Below are positions 15,658-24,000 of a stretch of DNA of 24,000 nt, one piece after another. The stretch spans positions 1 through 24,000 of the forward strand of contig CAXTKJ010000069.1 of assembly GCA_964244835.1 (NCBI GenBank), read 5' to 3'. The position numbers and the translations under genes are program-made. Under the pieces are notes generated by a model. That model ran no database searches and was not told where the DNA came from. It saw only the letters and a program-made list of their open reading frames with translations. The DNA comes from an uncultured Pyrinomonadaceae bacterium. GTDB taxonomy: Bacteria; Acidobacteriota; Blastocatellia; Pyrinomonadales; Pyrinomonadaceae. Numbering within the stretch: the stretch's first letter is position 1; each line of letters starts with the position of its first letter.

Positions 15658-17826
15658 ATGAAAATGAAATCTATAAAAATTTATGCGTTTTTCTGTTTTC
15701 TCATTCTGACAACATCCATTGCCGCACAAACCCAGCCGTCCGCCCGTGTTGATAATGTAACGGACGAATACTTCGGCGTGAAAGTCGCTGATCCGTATCG
15801 CTGGATGGAAAACGAGAAATCGCCGGAGTTCGTCGGTTTTTTGAAAGGTCAAGCCGATTATGCGCGGGCGACGCTCGATAAACTGCCGCTGCGAAAAGAA
15901 CTTTTGGAGCGCATCGCCAAACTCGACGCGGCGGCTCCTTCGCTACCGTTTGCGGTGCAGAGGCTCGACGCGGGCGACAAATATGTTTATCTGAAACAGC
16001 CGCCGGACGCGCAGGCGGCGAAGCTGTATTGGCGCGAAGGATTGACGGGCGCGGAAATTTTGCTGGTTGACCCTGATAAATTTAAGTCGGCGACCGAAAG
16101 TTACACCATCAGCTATTTTGTGCCGTCGCCCGACGGGAAATACATCGTTTACGGCATCGCCGCGAACGGGTCGGAGAAACCCGTTCTGCACGTTTTGGAC
16201 ACGGCGACGCGCAAGGATTTGCCGGATGTGATCGAGCGTTCGGATTGGGAATACGCCCGACCGGAATGGCGTTTGGACAGCCGTTCGTTTTTTTACAGCA
16301 AGATGCAGGATTTGCCCGCCAACGCACCGGCGACTGAAATTCAGAAGAAGAAACAGGTTTTTCTGCACGTTTTGGGAACCGAACAAAAGGCGGATAGATT
16401 TATTATCGGTTTCGGCGCGGCAAATAATGTGGCGATTGACGAAGCCGACACGCCGATTATTTTGACGCTGACGCATACGCCTTCGCCGTTCGTGATTTTG
16501 CGAATCAAACACGGCGACGCAAGCGAAGAAACCGTCTATCGCGCTCCGATTGCCGACATCGAAAAACCAAACATCAAATGGGAGAAAGTTTTCGACCGCA
16601 CCGATTTGGTCAAACAATTTATCGTTCACGAAGACGCGCTTTATTTGCTGACTTCCAAAGACGCGCCGCGTTTTAAGTTGATAAAAACGAGCGTGAGCAA
16701 ACCTAATTTGGAACGCGCCGAAACGATTATTCCGGCGAGCGAAGCACTCATTGACGGCATCAATCCCGCGCTCGACGCACTTTATGTTTCGCAGATGCGT
16801 TCCGGTTTAGACGAAACCGTGCGCGTCGAATGGAAAGCGAATGCGAAACCCGAACGCATCATCGCGCCGAATGCTCCGGCGTGTTTCGTTTCAGGAACAA
16901 ATCATCTTTTAAACGGCGCGTTTATTTCTTCGACCGCGTGGACGGGCAACGGTTTGACGTATCTTTACGATCCGAAAACCAAAACCTTCACCGACACCGG
17001 ATTTCAACAAAAAAACCCGCTTGAGACGGAAGCAAATTTAGAATCCCGTGAAGTTCAGGTCAAAGCCGCCGACGGCGCGATGATTCCGCTTTCGATAATT
17101 TATAAAAAAGGCTTGAAACTCGACGGGCAAAATCCGACCTTGCTCACCGGCTACGGCGCATACGGCACAATTCAATATCCGTTTTTCGATCCGTCGCAAA
17201 TTCCCTGGTTCGAGCGCGGCGGCGTGATAGCAGTCGCGCACGTTCGCGGCGGCGGCGAAAACGGCGAAGAATGGCACACGGCGGGACAAAAATTAAACAA
17301 ACCGAACACCTGGAAAGATTTCATCGCTTGCGCCGAATACCTGATTAAAGAAAAATACACCGCGCCCGCACATCTCGCCGGACGAGCCGGAAGCGCGGGC
17401 GGAATTTTAATCGGACGCGCCATCACGGAACGCCCGGATTTATTCGGCGCGGCGGTTATCAACGTCGGCATTCTCGACACGCTGCGCTTTGAAACGACCG
17501 CGAACGGCGTTCCGAACATTCAGGAATTCGGCTCGACCAAAACGGCGGACGGCTTCAAAGGTTTGTTTGAGATGAGCGCGTTTCACCACGTCAAAGACGG
17601 CACGAAATATCCGGCGGTTCTGCTGACGACCGGCGCAAACGACCGCCGCGTTGACGTTTGGCAATCGGCAAAAATGGCGGCGCGTCTGCGAAAAGCGACG
17701 ACGAGCGGCAAACCCGTTTTGTTAAGCGTTGATTACAACGCCGGACACGGCGCGGGCGCAGGCAGAACGCAGTATCACGAACAACTCGCCGACTTCTACG
17801 CATTTTTATTTGAACAACTGAAATAG
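15658..17826 (+). CDS. Secreted prolyl oligopeptidase family (S9A) serine peptidase
   Basis: Has the N-terminal propeller entry motif DPYRWMEN, the nucleophile elbow GSAGG, then NDRRV and GHGAG. I prefer the ATG at 15658 (MKMKSIKIYAFFCFLILTTSIAAQ, a signal peptide) over the GTG at 15538. Confidence 0.9.
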   Translation: MKMKSIKIYAFFCFLILTTSIAAQTQPSARVDNVTDEYFGVKVADPYRWMENEKSPEFVGFLKGQADYARATLDKLPLRKELLERIAKLDAAAPSLPFAVQRLDAGDKYVYLKQPPDAQAAKLYWREGLTGAEILLVDPDKFKSATESYTISYFVPSPDGKYIVYGIAANGSEKPVLHVLDTATRKDLPDVIERSDWEYARPEWRLDSRSFFYSKMQDLPANAPATEIQKKKQVFLHVLGTEQKADRFIIGFGAANNVAIDEADTPIILTLTHTPSPFVILRIKHGDASEETVYRAPIADIEKPNIKWEKVFDRTDLVKQFIVHEDALYLLTSKDAPRFKLIKTSVSKPNLERAETIIPASEALIDGINPALDALYVSQMRSGLDETVRVEWKANAKPERIIAPNAPACFVSGTNHLLNGAFISSTAWTGNGLTYLYDPKTKTFTDTGFQQKNPLETEANLESREVQVKAADGAMIPLSIIYKKGLKLDGQNPTLLTGYGAYGTIQYPFFDPSQIPWFERGGVIAVAHVRGGGENGEEWHTAGQKLNKPNTWKDFIACAEYLIKEKYTAPAHLAGRAGSAGGILIGRAITERPDLFGAAVINVGILDTLRFETTANGVPNIQEFGSTKTADGFKGLFEMSAFHHVKDGTKYPAVLLTTGANDRRVDVWQSAKMAARLRKATTSGKPVLLSVDYNAGHGAGAGRTQYHEQLADFYAFLFEQLK

Positions 17827-17844
17827 GAGAAAAATAAACACACT

Positions 17845-20118
17845 ATGCGATTACCAATTTTATTACCGGCAATTTTACTATGCCTGTTTGCTGCTGTCAG
17901 CGGCACGTTCGCGCAATCGGAAGAAAAGCGCATCGAAAGGTTAAGCGGCTTGGCGAAGGTTTGGGGCGCGGTCAAATATTTTCACCCGTATCCGGCTTAT
18001 CGTGAAATTGATTGGGACAAGGCGTTGATTGAAACGATTCCGAAAGTCAACGCAGCGAAATCGCCGGAAGAATATGCGGCGGCGGTTAATTCGATGCTTG
18101 CCGCGCTCGGCGATAGTCAGACGCGGGCGTTTGCCGCACAGACGGCGAAGACCGAAAATACGGCGGCGAACGGGAAAGAATCTTTGCGGCTGGAAAACGG
18201 CATTTTGTTTTATGACGCGCTCGCGGCGGCGCGGATTAGTTCGCAGAGCAATGAAAAATCAAGAGAGTTTTCGCAGAATTTTTTCAAACTCTTCGAGCAG
18301 GCGAAGGCGGTCGTTCTCGATTCGCGGACGGGCGATGAAACCGATGAAATGACGCTGTATGAACTTGGGATGCAGATGCGAAACATTCTGCCCGCGCTGC
18401 TTGATAAAAAAGTAACGCTCGGCACGATTCGCTACCGGATTCATAACGGCTACGCGCCGCAGGACGGCGCGACTTCGGGCGGTTATTATTCGGGACTTAT
18501 CACGGACACGCCGGAGACTTTCGGCGATGACGAAGCAAAGCCTTTTGTAACGCCGCCGATGGTAGTGATTGTTGACCAAAATTCGCCGCTCGCCGTGATT
18601 TTCAGCGGCTTGCAGACGGCGGGCAAAGCGTTTATCGTTGCCGAAACGGGCGATTTGGGCGTGGACGCTCACACGATGAAACTTGCCGACGGCGTGGAAG
18701 TCAAAATGCGAACGATGGAAATCGTCGCGCCCGACGGCTCAATCGGTTTCGCGCCCGACGCACTCGCGCCGAAAGGCGAAGCGATGAACACAGCGCAGAA
18801 AATCGCGCTGGAAAATAAATTCGTTTCGACGCGCCAAAAAAATTCCGCCGCCAACATCGCGCAGATTTCGCAGAAGGATCGAACTTACAGCGAAATGGAG
18901 TTTCCCGAAAAGGAATATCGTCTGCTCGCATTGTTTCGATTCTGGAACGTCATCAATTATTTTTTCCCGTATAAGAATCTGACAGGCGCGGATTGGAAAG
19001 ATGTTTTGCCGAAATATATTCCGCAGTTTGAAGCCGATAAAGATGCCGTCGAATATCGGTTCACGGCGGGCAAAATGGTCGCTGAAATTCACGATTCGCA
19101 CGGATTTTTCCGTCCGCCGAGTTTGAAAAGCCCGCCGCAGTTTTATCTTCCGCCGACGGTCGAAGGCTATGCCGAAAATCAAACATATATTCGCGGCGTT
19201 CTGGACGCAACATCAGGCTTTAAAGTCGGCGACATCGTTTTGGAAGTTGACGGTGTACCGATTGCCAAACTTTTGGAAGAAAAATTCACCGTCCGCGTCG
19301 CCGCTTCAACTCCGCAAGCGATGATGCGGCAGGTTCACTTCTACGGAATTTTTCGCGGCGCAAAAGATTCCAAAGCCGTTTTCAAAGTTCGCGGCTTGGA
19401 CGGCAAAATCCGCGAAGTAAATGCAATCAGAAACGTCGCCGCGAACGATCCGCGCTTTGCTCAATTCGACGACGGCAAACGCAAAATGCCCGTCGTTTCG
19501 ATTTTGCCGTCGGGTTTCGGATATGTTGACCTCGACCGATTGCAGGGAAACGAAGTCGAGCAAATGTTTGAAACGATTAAAACCGCGCCTGCCGTGATTT
19601 TTGATATGCGCGGCTATCCGAACGGGACGGCTTGGGCAATCGCGCCGCGTCTTTCCGACAAAAATCAACCGATTGCCGCATTGTTCGATAATCCTATTTT
19701 GGAAGCGAAAAATCTGAGCAGCAGCGATTATTCAACTGGCACGAATTTCACCTTCGCGCAGCAGATTCCGAAACGCGAAAAAGGCGAAATCTACAAAGGC
19801 AAAATCGTGATGCTGATTGACGAAAACGCACAGAGCCAGTCCGAACACACCTGTCTGTTTTTCGAGGCGGCGCGTCCCGACATCACCTTTATCGGCACAC
19901 CGACAGCGGGCGCGAACGGGGACGTAACAAATCTGGTTTTGCCCGGAAATATCAAAGTTTCATTCTCCGGTCACGGTGTCCGCCACGCCGACGGGCGACA
20001 ATTACAGCGCGTCGGCATTCAGCCGAACGTCAAAGTCGCGCCGACAATTAAAGGTTTGATCGAAGGCAAAGACGAAATTTTAGACGCGGCAGTGAAATTT
20101 TTACAGTCGAAGCATTGA
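17845..20118 (+). CDS. Secreted S41-family peptidase (tail-specific / C-terminal processing type) with a PDZ-like segment
   Basis: Has a signal peptide (LLCLFAAVSGTFAQ), a PDZ-like GDIVLEVDGVPI, then DMRGYPNG, LIDENAQSQSEH and RVGIQPNV motifs. It starts 18 nt after the S9 gene, so the two probably form an operon. Confidence 0.85.
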   Translation: MRLPILLPAILLCLFAAVSGTFAQSEEKRIERLSGLAKVWGAVKYFHPYPAYREIDWDKALIETIPKVNAAKSPEEYAAAVNSMLAALGDSQTRAFAAQTAKTENTAANGKESLRLENGILFYDALAAARISSQSNEKSREFSQNFFKLFEQAKAVVLDSRTGDETDEMTLYELGMQMRNILPALLDKKVTLGTIRYRIHNGYAPQDGATSGGYYSGLITDTPETFGDDEAKPFVTPPMVVIVDQNSPLAVIFSGLQTAGKAFIVAETGDLGVDAHTMKLADGVEVKMRTMEIVAPDGSIGFAPDALAPKGEAMNTAQKIALENKFVSTRQKNSAANIAQISQKDRTYSEMEFPEKEYRLLALFRFWNVINYFFPYKNLTGADWKDVLPKYIPQFEADKDAVEYRFTAGKMVAEIHDSHGFFRPPSLKSPPQFYLPPTVEGYAENQTYIRGVLDATSGFKVGDIVLEVDGVPIAKLLEEKFTVRVAASTPQAMMRQVHFYGIFRGAKDSKAVFKVRGLDGKIREVNAIRNVAANDPRFAQFDDGKRKMPVVSILPSGFGYVDLDRLQGNEVEQMFETIKTAPAVIFDMRGYPNGTAWAIAPRLSDKNQPIAALFDNPILEAKNLSSSDYSTGTNFTFAQQIPKREKGEIYKGKIVMLIDENAQSQSEHTCLFFEAARPDITFIGTPTAGANGDVTNLVLPGNIKVSFSGHGVRHADGRQLQRVGIQPNVKVAPTIKGLIEGKDEILDAAVKFLQSKH

Positions 20119-20124
20119 AGATTT

Positions 20125-22656
20125 TTACTGTGAGCGCAAAATTGATAAAGGCTTTTTGAAAAGCACGTCGAAACTGGCGATTGCGCCGACAATCATCACG
20201 AGCAGAGCCGTGATTAAAATTCCGACGACGGTTAATTTCCAATCGAATTCCCAACCGATGTCGAAAACGAATTTCGAGGCGGCGAACGACAGCAAAACGG
20301 CGAAACCCGCGCCGATGATTCCGGCGAGCAAGCCTAAAATTCCGTATTCGGCGAGCAGAATGGCGGCGAGCGTCGGACGTTTTGCGCCGAGCGTTTTGAG
20401 AACGGCGTTTTCGTAAATTCTCTGCGATTTGGTCAGCGCAATCGAGCCGATTAAAATCAGCATTCCGCTGACGATGACGAAACCGCCGACGAAGGAAATC
20501 GCCAGCACGAAATTGTTGACGAGCTTCTGCACGGCGGCGACGACTTCGGCGACATCGAAAATCTGGACGTTCGGAAATTCGTCAATCAAACTTCTTTGCA
20601 GTCTGGCGCGGTCGTTTTCCGGCAGTTTTTTCAAGACAGTGGCGACGAAAGTCTGCGGTGCTTTTTCCAGAAAGCCGGGGCGAAAAACGAAAACGAACGC
20701 CGTGCGCGTGTTGCGTAAATCGAGTTTGCGGACGTTCTCGACGCGGGCGTTAATTTTTCGCCCCGATATGTCGAATGTGATCCAATCGCCGACCGCGACG
20801 TTCAGGCGTTTCGCCATATCTTCTTCGACCGAAACCTGCGCCTCGTCTTCTTTCGTTTCGCCCTGCCACCAATCTCCTTCGATAATCTTTTCGTTCTCGT
20901 CCAAATTCGGGCGATAAGTAACGGCAAATTCGCGCCCGATTTGTCCCTGCTGCTGGCGGACTTCGGCGTTGGCGTAATTGATCGGCTCGCCGTTGATTAA
21001 AGAAATGCGGGCGCGAATCGTCGGCACGAGTTGGACGGCTTCGTTCGTCGCCGCTTCGACCATTGATTTCAATTTCTCGACCTGGCTTTTCTGGACATCA
21101 ATAAAAAACAGGCTCGGCAGTTTTTGATTGCGCGTGAAATCGAACTCGCGGATCAAATTTCCCTGCAAAGACTGAACGCCAAGCACGACGAACGCGCCCA
21201 AACCGACGGCGAGCAGAATAATTCGCGTTTGATTTCCCGGACGATATAGCGAGTTGATGGCTTGCGCGATGGCGAAAGAGCCGAAATTTTTGACGCGCCG
21301 CAAAAGTTTCGTCAGCAGAAAAGCCGCCGCGTAGAGAAAAACAGAAGTTACGCCCAAACCGACGAGAAAAATCGCGCCGACTTTGATCGAACCGGCTTGC
21401 CACGCCGCCACGCCTAACAATCCGATCAGCGAAATCGCGCCAAAAATCAGTTTCAAAGGGTCGAGCCGCCGCATTTTTTCGCCCGCTTCATCTCTCAAGA
21501 GAAGATTCGGTTTGATGAAACGTACCTGAAGCAGCGGCAGTGCGGAAAACAAAAATGAAATCAAAACGCCGAGCAGAACGCCCTGCCACGCCGTCGAAAA
21601 ATTGACCGCGTAACTCATCGCGGCGGGCAAAGCGTCGGCGAAATACCAACCGGCAAACCACAAAAAAATCTGTGCGAGCATCACACCGAACAAACTACCG
21701 ATCAATCCCAAAGTTAAAATCTGCAATAAATAAACCGTGATAACGGCGTTGGCATTCGCTCCCAAACATTTTAGAACGGCAATAGTTTTGCGTTTCTGCT
21801 CGACGAAAACGCGGGCGACATTCCACACGCCGACACCGCCGAGAACCAAAATCAAAAGTCCGGTCAAAGACAAATAATTTTCCGTGCGCTCGAATTGCTC
21901 GTTGAGATTTTCCTGCGTCTCGCGGTAAGACTGCACGGTTACGGTCGTTCCCTGCAAAGTTTCGCGCAGGGCTTTAACCAGTTCGGTCGGATTCGACGAC
22001 GTGCGATACAAAATGCGGCGGCGAACACGACCGCTGTTGCGCGTGATTCCGGCTTCGTCAAACGCTTTTTTCTCGACGAAAACGCGCGAGCCGAGACGAA
22101 AACCGTTCGTGCCGCCGCCGGGTTCTTCATCGAACGTGGCGCGAATCTGAAAATCAGATTCGCCGATGCGAATCGAATCGCCGACTTTCAAATTCAGTTT
22201 TTCAAGCAAAATCGGTGCGATCACCGCGCCGCGATTTTCGAGCAATTTAAAATCAAACGGTTTCCCGTCAGACAAAACGAATCGTCCGACAAGCGGAAAC
22301 GGCGGCTCAATTCCCTTCAATTCGACGAAGCCGAAAGATTTATTTTCAGGGTCAATAGGTCGCGCCATCGCCGATGTCTCAATCGCTTCGTTGCGGTCTT
22401 CGACGATGTTTGAATTTTTCACTGCCGCTTCGATTTTCTCAATCTCGGTCGGCGAATAATCGTTCGTCGAATTGACGACCAAATCCGCCGTCAATAATTC
22501 CCGCGCATCGCCGCCGACCGCCTGACTCAGATTGATAATCAGCGAACGAAGCGCGACAACCGAACCGACACCGATGGCGATGCACAGAAAGAAAAACAAC
22601 AAACGCCGCCACGCGGAACGGATTTCTCGGAAAGTCAGATTGAGAATAAAATTCAT
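20125..22656 (-). CDS. ABC transporter permease with duplicated FtsX domains (YbbP-like)
   Basis: An 843-aa protein with two blocks of hydrophobic helices separated by large soluble domains. The N-terminus, FREIRSAWRRLLFFFLCIAIGVGSV, is typical of the family. It lies downstream of a MacB/LolD-type ATPase. Confidence 0.9.
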   Translation of the reverse strand: MNFILNLTFREIRSAWRRLLFFFLCIAIGVGSVVALRSLIINLSQAVGGDARELLTADLVVNSTNDYSPTEIEKIEAAVKNSNIVEDRNEAIETSAMARPIDPENKSFGFVELKGIEPPFPLVGRFVLSDGKPFDFKLLENRGAVIAPILLEKLNLKVGDSIRIGESDFQIRATFDEEPGGGTNGFRLGSRVFVEKKAFDEAGITRNSGRVRRRILYRTSSNPTELVKALRETLQGTTVTVQSYRETQENLNEQFERTENYLSLTGLLILVLGGVGVWNVARVFVEQKRKTIAVLKCLGANANAVITVYLLQILTLGLIGSLFGVMLAQIFLWFAGWYFADALPAAMSYAVNFSTAWQGVLLGVLISFLFSALPLLQVRFIKPNLLLRDEAGEKMRRLDPLKLIFGAISLIGLLGVAAWQAGSIKVGAIFLVGLGVTSVFLYAAAFLLTKLLRRVKNFGSFAIAQAINSLYRPGNQTRIILLAVGLGAFVVLGVQSLQGNLIREFDFTRNQKLPSLFFIDVQKSQVEKLKSMVEAATNEAVQLVPTIRARISLINGEPINYANAEVRQQQGQIGREFAVTYRPNLDENEKIIEGDWWQGETKEDEAQVSVEEDMAKRLNVAVGDWITFDISGRKINARVENVRKLDLRNTRTAFVFVFRPGFLEKAPQTFVATVLKKLPENDRARLQRSLIDEFPNVQIFDVAEVVAAVQKLVNNFVLAISFVGGFVIVSGMLILIGSIALTKSQRIYENAVLKTLGAKRPTLAAILLAEYGILGLLAGIIGAGFAVLLSFAASKFVFDIGWEFDWKLTVVGILITALLVMIVGAIASFDVLFKKPLSILRSQ

Positions 22657-22663
22657 ATAGAAA

Positions 22664-22708
22664 AGTCTGGAGAGTCTGGAGTGTCTAGAGAGTCTGGAGA
22701 GTTTAGGT
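22664..22708. repeat. Tandem 9-nt repeat (AGTCTGGAG)n, left arm of the inverted repeat around the four-helix-bundle gene
   Basis: The units are agtctggag (22664), agtctggag (22673), tgtctagag (22682), agtctggag (22691) and a degenerate agtttaggt (22700). The arm begins 8 nt from the permease start codon (22656). Confidence 0.85.
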
Positions 22709-23071
22709 AATTTTTCGCAGATGTTGGGTCAATCCCATAATCATTCTTGAAACTTCATCCAACAAAACATATATTTTGTTGAAATCGGTCTCGCCCAGAT
22801 AAGATAAATCTAATGCGATGTATAAATGAGATTGGGTTTCGGCGATTGAGCCGTGCGCGATGTTTAGAAAATTTGAAAATTCTTTGTCCGAACGTCGTCC
22901 GTAACCTTCTACGATATTTGCCATAATCGAAACGCAGGAACGCCGTATCTGGTCACGCAATCCAAAGTCTTTTGCAAATTGCCCCTCACCAGTAATTTGA
23001 TAAACCAATCTCGTTGATAGTCTCGCTTTTTGCCAAGCCAAAATATCTTCAAACTTCTTAAATCCCGCCAT
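22703..23071 (-). CDS. Four-helix-bundle protein (23S rRNA intervening-sequence protein family, TIGR02436-like; homologous to DGR Avd)
   Basis: MAGFKKFEDILAWQKA...RDQIRRSCVSIMANIVEGYGRRSDKEFSNFLNIAHGSIAETQSHL matches the family pattern. I prefer the ATG at 23071, because the upstream 29 codons of ORF 22703..23158 (SLESLESLES) simply read through the repeat arm. Confidence 0.85.
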   Translation of the reverse strand: MAGFKKFEDILAWQKARLSTRLVYQITGEGQFAKDFGLRDQIRRSCVSIMANIVEGYGRRSDKEFSNFLNIAHGSIAETQSHLYIALDLSYLGETDFNKIYVLLDEVSRMIMGLTQHLRKIT

Positions 23072-23102
23072 ATTTATTTCTCCTTTCAAAATTGCACCGC
23101 AA

Positions 23103-23816
23103 CTAACCGATTTCCGACTCTCCAGACTCTCCAGACTCTCCAGACTTCCCAAACTCATCGCTTAAAACGCGACCATCTTTCAAGACAATCCGCCGCTGCG
23201 CTTTTTCGGCGAGAAAATTATCGTGCGTAACCAAAATCAAACTGACGTTATTTTTAGAATGAAGATCGGTCATCAAATCGAAAATATGCGAACCGTTGCG
23301 CGAATCTAAATTTCCCGTCGGTTCGTCCGCCAATAAGATTTTCGGTTGATTGGCAAAAGCGCGGGCGATGGCAACGCGCTGTTGTTCGCCGCCGGAAAGT
23401 TCGGTCGGGTAATGATGCCCGCGATTGGTTAGTTCGACATCTTTGAGTAAAAGATTGGCGCGGTCTTTCGCGTCTTTTAACCCTAAAATTTCCATCGGGA
23501 TCAGGATATTTTCAAACGCCGTCAAACTCGGAATCAGGTGAAATGACTGAAATATAAAACCGATTTTTTCGCTTCTGAGCTGCGCCAGATCGTCTTCCGA
23601 CATTGAAGTAACGCTTGCGCCGTCAATTAAAATTTCGCCGGAAGTCGGCGCGTCGAGTCCGGCGATTAAGCCGAGCAGCGTTGATTTGCCGCTGCCCGAC
23701 GCGCCCGTTACGGCGATAAATTCGCCGTCGGGAATCTCAAGCGAAACAGCATCTAAAATCGTTAAATCTTCCGTGCCGGAGCGAACGATTTTAGTTACAT
23801 TTTTTAATTCGATCAT
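23103..23816 (-). CDS. ABC transporter ATP-binding protein (MacB/LolD/YbbA-like)
   Basis: Has Walker A GASGSGKST, the signature LSGGEQQR and Walker B ILLADEPTGNLD. The C-terminal tail is encoded by the 9-nt repeat. Confidence 0.9.
   Translation of the reverse strand: MIELKNVTKIVRSGTEDLTILDAVSLEIPDGEFIAVTGASGSGKSTLLGLIAGLDAPTSGEILIDGASVTSMSEDDLAQLRSEKIGFIFQSFHLIPSLTAFENILIPMEILGLKDAKDRANLLLKDVELTNRGHHYPTELSGGEQQRVAIARAFANQPKILLADEPTGNLDSRNGSHIFDLMTDLHSKNNVSLILVTHDNFLAEKAQRRIVLKDGRVLSDEFGKSGESGESGESEIG
23111..23155. repeat. Tandem 9-nt repeat (CTCCAGACT)n, right arm and reverse complement of the left arm
   Basis: Perfect units at 23120, 23129 and 23138, flanked by degenerate copies. It overlaps the last 15 codons or so of the ATPase gene (tail GESGESGESEIG). 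Confidence 0.85.
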
Positions 23817-23820
23817 AGTT

Positions 23821-23886
23821 TAGTGGTGAGTGGTGAGTGGTGAGTTTTGGAGAGGTTTTTCACTCACCACTCACCACTCACCACTA
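23821..23886. repeat. Perfect 25-bp hairpin whose arms are three tandem copies of the heptamer GGTGAGT (STRR-like)
   Basis: tagtggtgagtggtgagtggtgagt (23821-23845) is the exact reverse complement of actcaccactcaccactcaccacta (23862-23886), with a 16-nt loop. It fills the gap between the upstream gene's stop (23888-23890) and the ATPase start (23816). Confidence 0.9.
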
Positions 23887-23887
23887 T

Positions 23888-24000
23888 TCAAGGGTATTTT
23901 TCGATGAAGGCTGCTAATTCTTCCGCGAAATCTTCCTGTTCTTCTTCGCCGGCGCGTTCGTCGGACGGCATCGCTTCCAGTATTTCTTCGAGATCGTCCT
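23888..24000 (-). CDS. 3' end of an unidentified gene running off the window, with an acidic C-terminus
   Basis: The minus-strand frame reads ...DDLEEILEAMPSDERAGEEEQEDFAEELAAFIEKYP-TGA(23888-23890). It is too short to classify. Confidence 0.4.
   Translation of the reverse strand, partial: DDLEEILEAMPSDERAGEEEQEDFAEELAAFIEKYP

Larger units (their letters stand above)
22664..23155 (-). mobile_element. IVS-like cassette: four-helix-bundle ORF enclosed by a long stem of inverted tandem 9-mers, lodged between the ABC ATPase and permease genes
   Basis: The architecture (a complementary stem of roughly 36-45 nt around a TIGR02436-type ORF) mirrors 23S rRNA intervening sequences. No transposase or integrase is present, so mobility is inferred only. 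Confidence 0.45.

Noticed and set aside
22703-23071. The four-helix-bundle gene as the Avd component of a diversity-generating retroelement
   Set aside because: I could see no reverse transcriptase gene and no template/variable repeat pair anywhere in the window. The rRNA-IVS-like stem context fits better.

Overview
Bacterial chromosomal window, probably Acidobacteriota-like or FCB-like judging by gene content and AxQ-type signal peptides (a guess only). The GC-richer backbone carries housekeeping and secreted-enzyme genes. These are an ada-led alkylation-repair operon, pgi, a GH38-like glycosidase, an SDR, a secreted S9 + S41 peptidase pair and a YbbA/YbbP-type ABC transporter. Visibly AT-richer accessory patches interrupt it. 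Five things look most unusual. (1) A minus-strand operon (7.9-11.1 kb) holds two radical SAM enzymes, the larger with the domain layout I associate with the archaeal tetraether-lipid synthase family (Tes/GDGT-MAS, MJ0619-like), followed by a 67-aa highly acidic ORF. (2) An AT-rich islet (about 11.1-13.7 kb) contains a perfectly phased array of ten 21-bp units, each built on the 17-bp palindrome TGCAAATT-A-AATTTGCA, directly upstream of an orphan 122-aa gene. (3) A stand-alone RelA/SpoT-domain protein at the left edge has the size and layout of fused toxSAS/CapRel-type defence proteins, and a MITE-like repeat cluster follows it. (4) A four-helix-bundle (23S rRNA IVS protein / Avd-like) gene is enclosed by inverted arrays of a 9-nt tandem repeat and sits between the ABC ATPase and permease genes; a second ORF-less hairpin made of 7-nt tandem repeats abuts the ATPase start. 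(5) Three small genes (DinB-like, DUF1203, DUF433) appear inactivated. No rRNA, tRNA, CRISPR array, transposase or integrase was recognised. All homology calls rest on motif recognition by eye; no searches were run.
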